DNA of 64,000 nt from a virus. Both the position numbers and the translations under genes were made by a program. Below the pieces are notes generated by a model. That model was not told the DNA's origin, did no database searches, and saw only the letters and a list, made by a program, of their open reading frames with translations. Below are positions 18,362 through 27,062 of the stretch, in pieces. Location of the stretch: IMG/VR virus record IMGVR_UViG_3300031707_000005, positions 1 through 64,000 of that record; one strand, given 5' to 3'. Every line of letters begins with the position of its first letter. Within the stretch, counting starts at the first letter, position 1.

Positions 18362-19654
18362 TCACGGTCTCTCCCAAAGATTCTCGAGGACTGTGTCCAC
18401 CGAGGCCTTCGCCGTATTCTTAACGGCACCAAGCTTCTTAGCTCCACCATTCGATGAAGCTACGCGACCGAAGCCACTCTCACGAGCAGCTGCTTCACGA
18501 CCAGAAGCCTGAATCTCACGCTGAGCCTGAACTTCAGGATCATCAGCAAAGAGACTATCAAGGGCGTCAGACGCGACCTTCGGATCGGGAGAATCGTCGC
18601 CGTCATCAAACGAAATGTCTGAAGCCATCATGGGCATCGCAGCGGGAGCTGCGGGTACACCACTAAAGAGAGCCGACAGGTCGTCACCATCAGCGGCCGG
18701 AGCGGCCGGAGGACATGGGGCACAAGCCTCGCCACCTTCACTATTCAGCATGGAATCAAGCATGGCCATCTCTTCGGCAGAGAGACCATGAGCCTCTTGC
18801 TGCTCCTGAGAGGTCGTACCTTCCTCTTCCTCTTCCTCTTGCTGTTCCTGCTGAGCCTGTTGTTCCTGCTGAGCCTGTTGCTCCTGCTGAGCCTGTTGCT
18901 CCTGCTGAGAGGTCTTACCCTGCTGTTCTTCCTGCTGTTCCTGCTCCTGCTCCTGCTGAGAGGTCTTACCCTGCTGTTCTTCCTGCTGTTCCTGCTCCTG
19001 AGCAAGGCGAGAAGACGCGATAGTACGGATAATGGACTTGAGCGTCGGATCATCAACCGACATCATGATCGATCCGAGTTGTTCAACAGACTTGGCAGTA
19101 GCAGTCGCACCAAGCATACGAGCCGCGAGCTTTGTGCACGCGAGAGCACGCTTAAACTTCGACTGTTTGGGAAGAGAATTCGGCGAGACAGCGTCAAGAC
19201 GCTTTAACATCGCGACAATTGACTTATCAGGCAAAGCCATCAAATCAATGGTAGCACCTTCAATGAGCTTATCGTCGGCAGTGCGAAGAGTCGCACGAGC
19301 AAGACGCTCACAAGCCATAGCACGACGCTCAGCGGCAGTCTTGGCATTATCATACTTGCCCTTACCGTTCCATTGGTCCGAGTCCTTATGCTTCCACGTA
19401 TCTTCACGGAATTCGCCGAATCCGACTTCATTCCGCTTGACGTGATCGCCATCATACTCGCCCTTAACGGACATCTTGTCCGCTGGGACAGGAGTTTCCG
19501 CCCAAGAATCGGGATCACCATTCTCATAGTCGACAGGCGACGGCTGAGGATGTTCCTGATTCATTGTGTAAATGTCAGCTTTACGCGAAGTCGCCGCCTG
19601 ACGCGGGGTCTCGCTAGTTTTGCCTTGCCAGGTGGATCGAGCTCGCATATTCAA
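18362..19654 (-). CDS. Probable capsid scaffolding protein
   Basis: Between protease and capsid genes; Q/E low-complexity region; C-terminal helix VDTVLENLWERP. Confidence 0.65.
   Translation of the reverse strand: MNMRARSTWQGKTSETPRQAATSRKADIYTMNQEHPQPSPVDYENGDPDSWAETPVPADKMSVKGEYDGDHVKRNEVGFGEFREDTWKHKDSDQWNGKGKYDNAKTAAERRAMACERLARATLRTADDKLIEGATIDLMALPDKSIVAMLKRLDAVSPNSLPKQSKFKRALACTKLAARMLGATATAKSVEQLGSIMMSVDDPTLKSIIRTIASSRLAQEQEQQEEQQGKTSQQEQEQEQQEEQQGKTSQQEQQAQQEQQAQQEQQAQQEQQEEEEEEGTTSQEQQEAHGLSAEEMAMLDSMLNSEGGEACAPCPPAAPAADGDDLSALFSGVPAAPAAMPMMASDISFDDGDDSPDPKVASDALDSLFADDPEVQAQREIQASGREAAARESGFGRVASSNGGAKKLGAVKNTAKASVDTVLENLWERP
18851..19000. repeat. Coding tandem repeats (18-bp QEQQAQ x3; about 51-bp QEQQEEQQGKTSQ x2)
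   Basis: ctgagcctgttgYtcctg repeats and duplicated gaggtcttaccctgctgttcttcctgctgttcctgctcctg. Confidence 0.85.
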
Positions 19655-19686
19655 GTGCCTCCTACGAAACGTCTTTTATGAGAAAT

Positions 19687-22419
19687 TTAAATGTTAGAGA
19701 CGGAAGCAATCCGTCCCTTCCAAATCAAAAAGTTTTCTTCATTCGAAGAGAGATCTCGACCTAGCCTAAGTTTGCAGGCTGCAAGAAAAGATGTCTCACT
19801 TGGGAAGTTCAGCATCGGTCCAACTTTCATCGCAGTCTTGTAAAGGTGCGATGAATAATTGCGTCCATAGACGCGATCCTCAATCCATGAAAGGACTATC
19901 AAATCCTTTGGAGTCATTTTAGACGCCCGAACGGCTTTTATACCACCTTCATGAACGATTCGATACGCCTTTGAAGACCACTTATGAAGAAGTGGAACTT
20001 TAGGATATAACTTTTGAACTCTACGATCGAATTCATTAGAAGAACGAACAAAGTTATCATTACCTTCGAGAACACTTGGAGCAGGGGCGACAGTTCCAAC
20101 GTCTTCAGGTTTCGGCTCGAGCTTTTCACCGAGTTTATCAACCATGATTGATAAAAGTTGCTCTTGAGCTTTCTCAAGCATCTCATCAATCTTATCGGAT
20201 TTGGGTCCGGCAGGTTCAGATGGATCCTGGCCACCCTGATCCTGGCCACCCTGATCCTGGCCACCCTGATCCTGGCCACCCTGATCAAGACCTTGATCTT
20301 GATCGCCTTGATCAAAAAGTTGACTAAGATCCTGGTCCTGACCACCCTGATCTTGTTGAGCAGTGCGCGAAGAAGCTGCTTTCTTTATACCATCCGGTAA
20401 CGGAACGTCAGTACGAATTTTATAAACCTTCTCGGCTTCTTCAAGACGTGCAGCAATTTGCGTGCTATCCGGGTTCAGAATATTTCGACGAACAGCACCA
20501 CGGAAAGCAGGGTTTCTAACCCACGATGCTTCGATAAACTGATTCGAATTTGGTATAGACGCGTGTCCAATTAACTCAGCTACCGGGTGTTCAATACCCT
20601 GCTCGTCGGAAAATTTATTTCCTTTACCAACATAAAGAACACAAGGACAAAGTTGAGAATCGTCTGCAGCAACATTTCCGCAGCAAGTGCAGATAGTGAA
20701 AAGAGATATACAATTAGAAACTCCAACGCCGTTTACAACATATGAATGATCCACATCAACTTGAAGATCATATACAAATCCATTTAATTTCGAATTTTCA
20801 ATATTCTTGACGACAGAGTATACATGGCCTTTGGAAATCCAACGATCACAATTCCCGGAATTTCTTTTTTCGAAAGAGGTACCGGATTTTCTGATTTTCT
20901 CCGACGGAATGATGAAGGAACCAGAGTTTCTAATCCGAATCTGGTGATCAATACCAGAAGAATTCGGAAGCATCTTTGTCCCTTTCCTCGGGATCGAAGA
21001 TAATGTTCCGATGAGACCACAGCGGTTCAGAATAGTAAGAAACTGAGTTGCGAGACCCTTGTTACGAGTAGATATGAAAACTTGTTTCGTTCCACGTTTG
21101 GTCGAACTAATACACCCATCAGAGTCTATGACACCCGAAAGAAATGCAAGTTGATGTTTTTTCGGCCACAAAAGAACATCTCGTTCAAGGCATTTATCAA
21201 GAGCTCGTCGACCCGTAACATGACGATCAACCAAACCACGAACGGCTCTTGATGAACTAACGAGGTAGTTGGCTCCTCTACGCGTCGAACGCGAAACAGT
21301 TTTCGGAATAGAGCCGCCGACTGCTATTCTCATTTCCTTGGCAAGCCAAGAAATGCGATTTATTTCGGATTCAACGAAGTTCGTTATTGATGCGTGTTCT
21401 TCCGAAGCATCAAGGCAGAAACCAACACCAACGGTTGAGTCGTGTTTATTTTCGAATTTCCAACCATCTCCAACCCAAAGACCAAGGAGCCGAGCTTCCG
21501 ATTCCGTGCAAGAAGGGACCACTTCGCCCTTCAAAATCGGAGTAGCAACAATATCTCCAATTTCAAGGCATCCGGCTTCACGATATTCAAAACCGTAAGC
21601 TTCCGGACGAAGACGCTTCTTACCACGTCGTACATCATATTGCACGATATCGCGAGGGACAGCATAAAATTTATGATTATTTGTCGCATGGATCGAGGGA
21701 AGTCCTACCACCTTCACACGACGCATAGACCAACGGTTTTCCCTGATCTGAAGATTATCGACTCGACAGATATTTCCCTTTTGGGAAATGACTTCCATAT
21801 CAGGGCGAATCTCTTCAATAGGGAGAGTAGTCCCATCTGCCATTAGAACGGGCGTACCCGCTTCAAAGCAGCCCATGGACATCGCGTTAATATCACCGGA
21901 CACGATATCCGTAACAAGCTGACGGTGCTTACGATCAGTAGCAACCAGTATGTCAATATAAGCTGATTTCCCGAGGTCTCGGGCGATGGCGTCAACAATG
22001 AAGCCTTTTGATAAATCCGGAAGCTGGATATGCTCGAGATAGTTATGAGCTCCGATGAACGTTCGGTATGTAGAAAGAAGAAGCGAACGTTCCCAAGCAT
22101 CGCCGTTATTATTAATAATCTCGTGACATTCCGGTTTAATACGGAAATCAGGCCAACGAACATCAATCTGAACGCCCTGAGTCATACTGCGTCCGGTCTT
22201 CACACCCTTGGGGGTGTATGTATCGACGGACGCGACAATCGTGGCATGTGATAGAAGATATTGCTTCGGATCGCATTTACGAAGAACGGTCTTAGCCACA
22301 CGGTGTATATGATCACGTGGAACCGCACCTTCGTTTTGATTACGAAGAGTTTCCATCCAGTCATCAAATTCGATTCCAGGTCTCGAGACAATAGCTTTAG
22401 CTGTGCGTCTAAATGACAT
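19687..22419 (-). CDS. Prohead maturation protease with intein
   Basis: NNNGDAW, NYLEH, GFIVDA, AMSMG|C catalytic Ser motif, FIEASWVRNPAF; upstream of scaffold and capsid genes. Confidence 0.8.
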   Translation of the reverse strand: MSFRRTAKAIVSRPGIEFDDWMETLRNQNEGAVPRDHIHRVAKTVLRKCDPKQYLLSHATIVASVDTYTPKGVKTGRSMTQGVQIDVRWPDFRIKPECHEIINNNGDAWERSLLLSTYRTFIGAHNYLEHIQLPDLSKGFIVDAIARDLGKSAYIDILVATDRKHRQLVTDIVSGDINAMSMGCFEAGTPVLMADGTTLPIEEIRPDMEVISQKGNICRVDNLQIRENRWSMRRVKVVGLPSIHATNNHKFYAVPRDIVQYDVRRGKKRLRPEAYGFEYREAGCLEIGDIVATPILKGEVVPSCTESEARLLGLWVGDGWKFENKHDSTVGVGFCLDASEEHASITNFVESEINRISWLAKEMRIAVGGSIPKTVSRSTRRGANYLVSSSRAVRGLVDRHVTGRRALDKCLERDVLLWPKKHQLAFLSGVIDSDGCISSTKRGTKQVFISTRNKGLATQFLTILNRCGLIGTLSSIPRKGTKMLPNSSGIDHQIRIRNSGSFIIPSEKIRKSGTSFEKRNSGNCDRWISKGHVYSVVKNIENSKLNGFVYDLQVDVDHSYVVNGVGVSNCISLFTICTCCGNVAADDSQLCPCVLYVGKGNKFSDEQGIEHPVAELIGHASIPNSNQFIEASWVRNPAFRGAVRRNILNPDSTQIAARLEEAEKVYKIRTDVPLPDGIKKAASSRTAQQDQGGQDQDLSQLFDQGDQDQGLDQGGQDQGGQDQGGQDQGGQDPSEPAGPKSDKIDEMLEKAQEQLLSIMVDKLGEKLEPKPEDVGTVAPAPSVLEGNDNFVRSSNEFDRRVQKLYPKVPLLHKWSSKAYRIVHEGGIKAVRASKMTPKDLIVLSWIEDRVYGRNYSSHLYKTAMKVGPMLNFPSETSFLAACKLRLGRDLSSNEENFLIWKGRIASVSNI
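20223..20286. repeat. 15-bp coding tandem repeat x4 (DQGGQ)
   Basis: gatcctggccaccct x4. Confidence 0.9.
20713..21870 (-). mobile_element. Intein (386 aa) with LAGLIDADG endonuclease in the prohead protease
   Basis: Starts CFEAGTPVLMADG; block B ATNNHKF; LLGLWVGDG and FLSGVIDSDG; ends VYDLQVDVDHSYVVNGVGVSN|C. Confidence 0.92.
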
Positions 22420-22454
22420 TGCAACCGGAGAATTTAAAGCAAGTCTAAAATCAA

Positions 22455-23030
22455 ATGGGTCGTAAATTAACTATACTGGACCGTACCCGCTATATGAGCG
22501 ATAAAGTAGCAGATCTACTCCGACATGTCAGCACCTCAAAGGTGGAAATAATGTTGTCGGAGCAGAATGTGGTTTCCGGAATCCCGGACTCCGGTTTTTG
22601 GCCAAGGGTTACTATCAGTATCCCGGGCAAATTCAGGACATTTCCACTTACCTACTATAAACAGCAAACTAAACAAACAAGTAGTATACTCAGTGAACTC
22701 GAAGTAGAAATTCTCATATTGGTTAGTGGGGGCTCAAAAACCGATGTAAACCATTATGGACGTAAAAGGGAACTAAGAGGTGCTGCTGCCAGAATACAGG
22801 GTGTCATTAATAGAGCCATTCTAAAGGCATCAACGAAAGACCCGATGGCCACTAGACATGCAGCTGCATCCCGTCGATATAGAAAGAATAAATTCTTGCA
22901 AAAGTTCAAAGACTTCTGCAAGACGAACGGTTACGGAGTCGAATATGAAGACATCAGACCATCGGAACTTGGAAAAGTCTGGGATGACGTCCGACGAACG
23001 AAGCTAGCCGAGTCCGTGATGGACAGCTAA
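22455..23030 (+). CDS. Hypothetical basic protein
   Basis: 191 aa ORF filling the gap, counter-oriented. Confidence 0.55.
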   Translation: MGRKLTILDRTRYMSDKVADLLRHVSTSKVEIMLSEQNVVSGIPDSGFWPRVTISIPGKFRTFPLTYYKQQTKQTSSILSELEVEILILVSGGSKTDVNHYGRKRELRGAAARIQGVINRAILKASTKDPMATRHAAASRRYRKNKFLQKFKDFCKTNGYGVEYEDIRPSELGKVWDDVRRTKLAESVMDS

Positions 23031-23780
23031 TTATTTTGCGGACGCCATTCTCATTCGCTTGATAACCGGCAAAAGAGCTGTTCTGAGTCTCGGACTCGAA
23101 TGAGCAAGTCGGATCAATACCGGGAGAGCAGAAGAAATGGATGAAGTTTTGTGATGTTTGAGAATATCATAAATTTCTCTCATCATAACTTGGACTTCAG
23201 TCTTCGGATCCAGGACATCATATACTTCTTGCATCAGGGACTGGGTTTCATCTGAAGGCGTTTTTTTAGTTTCAACCTTAGGTTCAGTCTGCTTCGAGAG
23301 ACCCTCGGCACCCTTCAAAACAGACTTGATCCCGCCTTCAGAAGGTTCTTCCTCGAGATCGTCGAGCTCAACAAGAAATTGTTCCAATTCTTTAAGGTGA
23401 GGAACGTCTTTATCTTCGCCTTCACCAGCGACTCGAGCCGAAGCGCTCTTCGCGCTCTTCGCGCTCTTCATCTTCTTAACGATCTCGCGAAGTTTTTCTT
23501 TTTCTTCAGCGGCTTCATCGTCAAAGAACTTCACAAATTCAGCCGACGCAGGATCGAGATCACCTGATTTGATTTTCTCAAGAGCCTTCTTCAAGGTATC
23601 CTGAAGCTTCTTCAGAACCGGGGCAGCCGACTCGAAATCTGAGTCAAAAGACTTCGGTTTCGGATCTGGATTTTCAGCCGCATATTGAAGAGTAGCCTTC
23701 TCGAGCTCGTATCCGAGAATTGGGTTGCTACTGGAAACGCGGCTAGCGATCTCCATTAATTTTGCGATATGCTGGTTCAT
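23031..23780 (-). CDS. Putative internal head protein
   Basis: Start MNQHIAK; motifs EIASRV..SNP, SARVA, LIRLAHSSPRLRTALLPVI. Confidence 0.55.
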   Translation of the reverse strand: MNQHIAKLMEIASRVSSSNPILGYELEKATLQYAAENPDPKPKSFDSDFESAAPVLKKLQDTLKKALEKIKSGDLDPASAEFVKFFDDEAAEEKEKLREIVKKMKSAKSAKSASARVAGEGEDKDVPHLKELEQFLVELDDLEEEPSEGGIKSVLKGAEGLSKQTEPKVETKKTPSDETQSLMQEVYDVLDPKTEVQVMMREIYDILKHHKTSSISSALPVLIRLAHSSPRLRTALLPVIKRMRMASAK

Positions 23781-23782
23781 AG

Positions 23783-24226
23783 TCAAATACCCAATTCTGT
23801 ATTCGCTCGAGTTAGATCGGAGATCCACTCTGCAAGAATTTCTGGAATTTCCGTGTCCTTGGTTTTCTCAAAACGTGCAAGTGCACGATTTCCAGCGTAT
23901 GAATGAGGGATACCGAGATCCGGATAATCGATCGTTTCATCAATCGGTTTTCCGTTAAGGGTCCAAACCTCTTTCTCGGTACCACCACCAGAATCAATCA
24001 ATCCATGGCCTACAAGCTCTCCAAGAGAGGTGTCGGCAACGACATGAAAACTACCATAACTACGTTTATCACCAGTTTCGTAAACAAATTCTTTAACAGT
24101 CACAGGGGCTATGGCAGCTATGATTTTCTTCAAATCACGCGCCACAAGTGCGCGATCCGGATTCCGAGATTTATTGATTGCTGATGCAATCCGACGAAGA
24201 GTCTTGGAAAGTTCCGACGGTTCCAT
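23783..24226 (-). CDS. Putative internal head protein
   Basis: N-terminal LRRIASAINKSRNPDRALVARDL leader. Confidence 0.55.
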   Translation of the reverse strand: MEPSELSKTLRRIASAINKSRNPDRALVARDLKKIIAAIAPVTVKEFVYETGDKRSYGSFHVVADTSLGELVGHGLIDSGGGTEKEVWTLNGKPIDETIDYPDLGIPHSYAGNRALARFEKTKDTEIPEILAEWISDLTRANTELGI

Positions 24227-24915
24227 TAGTGAAGATCCTTAGGATGAATCACAAAGCTACAATCTTGGCATTGCAAGACTTTTTTACCCGCACGATAGAC
24301 ACGTGGCTTAAGTAAGCCTTTGCACCGAGGACAGGACACCTTCCCAGAAGATTTCTCTTGTTGGGTTACTTTGTACCGACGCTTGTTATTCTTCCAGTAA
24401 ATTGCAACTCGACGGCCGAGTTCATATAGATTCGAGACCGTCAGTCGAACGGCTTCTTGCCCATACTCAGGACCGAAGGTAGAAGACATACGGAAATATG
24501 TCTCGACCTCGTCCATACCACAGTGCCACGCTTCACAGGCTGCTCTCCATAAAGGAAGAGTCCTATCTTCATAAGCGTCGACAGCGCGACTGGCGAGTGA
24601 CTTACGGAATTTCTCATCAGCCTTCTGAACCGGCTTCGAATTAATATTCCGAGCACCTTCCCAGGTTGAATAACTCTGGTCAGCTTGTGACGGAGCGAAG
24701 TACTCAGAAGTATCTCTGATTAACTCCGAAGCTGTCTCGAGCTCTGCACCCCAAGGCCATTGGACCTGAACTTTCCCGGTGTCCACGTTCGAATAGAGAA
24801 CTCGACCAATATAGGGACTCATAACGAAGTCGCGCAACCCAGCCTTGCGCACGACATCGCCGGTATTAAAATCCCTAGCAATCAGTTGGTCATCTACGAA
24901 CGCAGTCCGGTGCAT
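24226..24915 (-). CDS. Hypothetical protein with C-terminal zinc ribbon
   Basis: CPRC..CQDC; N-terminal HRTA. Confidence 0.65.
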   Translation of the reverse strand: MHRTAFVDDQLIARDFNTGDVVRKAGLRDFVMSPYIGRVLYSNVDTGKVQVQWPWGAELETASELIRDTSEYFAPSQADQSYSTWEGARNINSKPVQKADEKFRKSLASRAVDAYEDRTLPLWRAACEAWHCGMDEVETYFRMSSTFGPEYGQEAVRLTVSNLYELGRRVAIYWKNNKRRYKVTQQEKSSGKVSCPRCKGLLKPRVYRAGKKVLQCQDCSFVIHPKDLH

Positions 24916-24951
24916 CTGGGTCTCCCTGGTGCCTCAGCCAGCAAACCAAGC

Positions 24952-25470
24952 TCAAGGAGCCCAGGTCTTACCAGCGGACGCGGTACGGGGAGCTTCAGAA
25001 CCCTGCTTGGTGCTCTTACCGGCAGGACCCTTCGTCCAAGAAGGTTGCTTCTTGGTCGGTTCGGCCCATTCCGATAGATCACGGACCTGATGTTCCTTAC
25101 GATCGGTCACCGTTGTGGTGCGGTCCTGATCGTAGTTGTCGATCCCATCAGCATTGAAAGACTTCTCAGTCTTATGCATGTATGGCTCGTCCGAATCCGA
25201 CTGGATCACCTTATTCGGGTTGTCGAACGTATCCATATACTTCTCATCGGAGTCCTTCTGAAGAACCTTCGCGACCTTCGTCGCGTGGCGCTTCAGGGCA
25301 TCATTACCGAACGCTGCGACCTGAAAACGGTCAGCAAACGTATCGATATCACGTGTAAGAGCCGCAGCAACCCGCGGGTCCATCTTACCCGCTTTAGCGA
25401 GAAGGTCAATCTTATTAGCGGTCTCGTCGAGATTCGCGAGGACCTTGTTAGCAACTTGCTTCTGAATCAT
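24952..25470 (-). CDS. Hypothetical head-region protein
   Basis: ATG 25470 after GGAG; duplicated VLQKDSDEKYM / VIQSDSDEPYM. Confidence 0.65.
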   Translation of the reverse strand: MIQKQVANKVLANLDETANKIDLLAKAGKMDPRVAAALTRDIDTFADRFQVAAFGNDALKRHATKVAKVLQKDSDEKYMDTFDNPNKVIQSDSDEPYMHKTEKSFNADGIDNYDQDRTTTVTDRKEHQVRDLSEWAEPTKKQPSWTKGPAGKSTKQGSEAPRTASAGKTWAP

Positions 25471-25511
25471 GAGTATCTCCGGGCTTACCCTATAAGGGTT
25501 GCATGAAAGGT

Positions 25512-27014
25512 TCACCACTCCGCATCGTCAATCGAAGCCTTTTTCTTGCCAAAAGGAGGAGCCTTTTTACCACCAAACGGAGGAGCTTTCTTACCTCCAA
25601 AAGGTGGTTTCTTCTTTCCGTCCTTACCGGCAGGAGCTTTCTTTTTAAGGGCTTTCTTACCCTTCTTCTTGTCCTTGTCCTTGTCCTTCTTTTTCTTGGC
25701 TGCAGCCAAGATCGGAAGAAGGGTGCTCCGAACAGCCGGAACTTCATGAGCAAGGCGGACAAGAGTGCTAAGACTGACGCGAACTGAGCTCGTCTTAACG
25801 TGTTTAGCAGCTTCTCCAACATCTGAGAAGAGTGCGTCGAGACCCTTCACGAAGGACTCGATGTCGTCATTTGCAAGAGCTTTATCAAGCTCAGAAGCTT
25901 GACCACTAAGAGTCTTCATGAAAGCTTTGCCTTCATCGTCAGACATTGAGTCGAGTGCGTCCAGAACGCTCTCAAGACTCGCGCCACCAATATCAGCAAC
26001 ACGCGCGGAAGCGGTCTTCTTCTCAAGAACTTCTGATATATCTTTCAAACCATCAACAAAACCTTCAACATCTTTGGAATTGACGAGCTTCTTCGTCTTT
26101 TCCTTAAGATCTTTCAGATCAAGATGTCCTTCAACAAATGAGTTCATTTCTTTGTCAGATAAAGAACCCTGTTCTTGTTGTTGACCTTGTTGCTCCTGAG
26201 AGTTTTTACCCTCTTCCTGCTGTTCTTCCTGCTGCTGTGAGGTTTTACCCTCTTCCTGCTGCTGCTGCTGCTCTTCAGCAACACGCATTGATCGAACAGT
26301 TTTAACGATATCAAGCGCGGCGCGCGGATTTGAATGCCTTAGTTCACTGGCAATACGCAGGAAATCTTGAACATTGGTCATGACTGAGGCGCTCCTATTA
26401 GATCCGTCTCTAGGTAAAATAGTCTCGGCAAACTGATCATGCTTCCAACCTGCGACACGATTTAGAAGCATGTCGTATGTCTCAGCATCAATCTTAGATT
26501 GATATAGATTAGAGTCGGCAAGATGGATGGCTAAGTCTAGCGCGGCTCGGATGGGAGCATCAGGAGCACCGCCTTCCCAACCATTTTTCAACCAATCTTC
26601 ACCCATCAACTCTTTAGTGGCTGCCACGATAGAGTCGAAGTGGTCTTTCCCAAAATAACGCTTGTCGTACGACTTATACGGAGTATTTGTCGGACCGGAC
26701 GGATGTCCTTGTCCAAGTACTCCGTGATATGAAGCAATCTTTTGAGACATAGCCTTAATAGGTCCGGTTTCATAAGAAGTTGCTATACTGGAAGCAATCT
26801 CATTAATAATAATAGGTTTCATAGACATAGTCGCGAGAGACATATCAGAATCATCTGTCTTAGTATCCGTGTCGCCAGTATCGATCCTACGACGCCTATT
26901 ATCGTGTTTCGGTCCACGCTTATCGTCTGTCTTACGAGATGGGGGAGTCTTTTTATCAATCAGGCGTTCTACCTGACGTTCCTCTTTCTCTGATGGAGTC
27001 AAATCAGTCGGCAT
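25512..27014 (-). CDS. Putative internal head/core protein with Q/E tract and Lys-rich tail
   Basis: Immediately downstream of portal; RVA/KIA motifs; LVRLAHEVPAVRSTLLPIL; KKxPPFG x3. Confidence 0.65.
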   Translation of the reverse strand: MPTDLTPSEKEERQVERLIDKKTPPSRKTDDKRGPKHDNRRRRIDTGDTDTKTDDSDMSLATMSMKPIIINEIASSIATSYETGPIKAMSQKIASYHGVLGQGHPSGPTNTPYKSYDKRYFGKDHFDSIVAATKELMGEDWLKNGWEGGAPDAPIRAALDLAIHLADSNLYQSKIDAETYDMLLNRVAGWKHDQFAETILPRDGSNRSASVMTNVQDFLRIASELRHSNPRAALDIVKTVRSMRVAEEQQQQQEEGKTSQQQEEQQEEGKNSQEQQGQQQEQGSLSDKEMNSFVEGHLDLKDLKEKTKKLVNSKDVEGFVDGLKDISEVLEKKTASARVADIGGASLESVLDALDSMSDDEGKAFMKTLSGQASELDKALANDDIESFVKGLDALFSDVGEAAKHVKTSSVRVSLSTLVRLAHEVPAVRSTLLPILAAAKKKKDKDKDKKKGKKALKKKAPAGKDGKKKPPFGGKKAPPFGGKKAPPFGKKKASIDDAEW

Positions 27015-27062
27015 AAATATTCGACATAACAAGACAATGAAAGTCTATTGCATGATATTATA

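Noticed and set aside
18454-19681. Several overlapping ORFs, including a Leu-rich 139-aa one
   Set aside because: Alternate-frame and antisense products of the Q/E repeats in the scaffold gene
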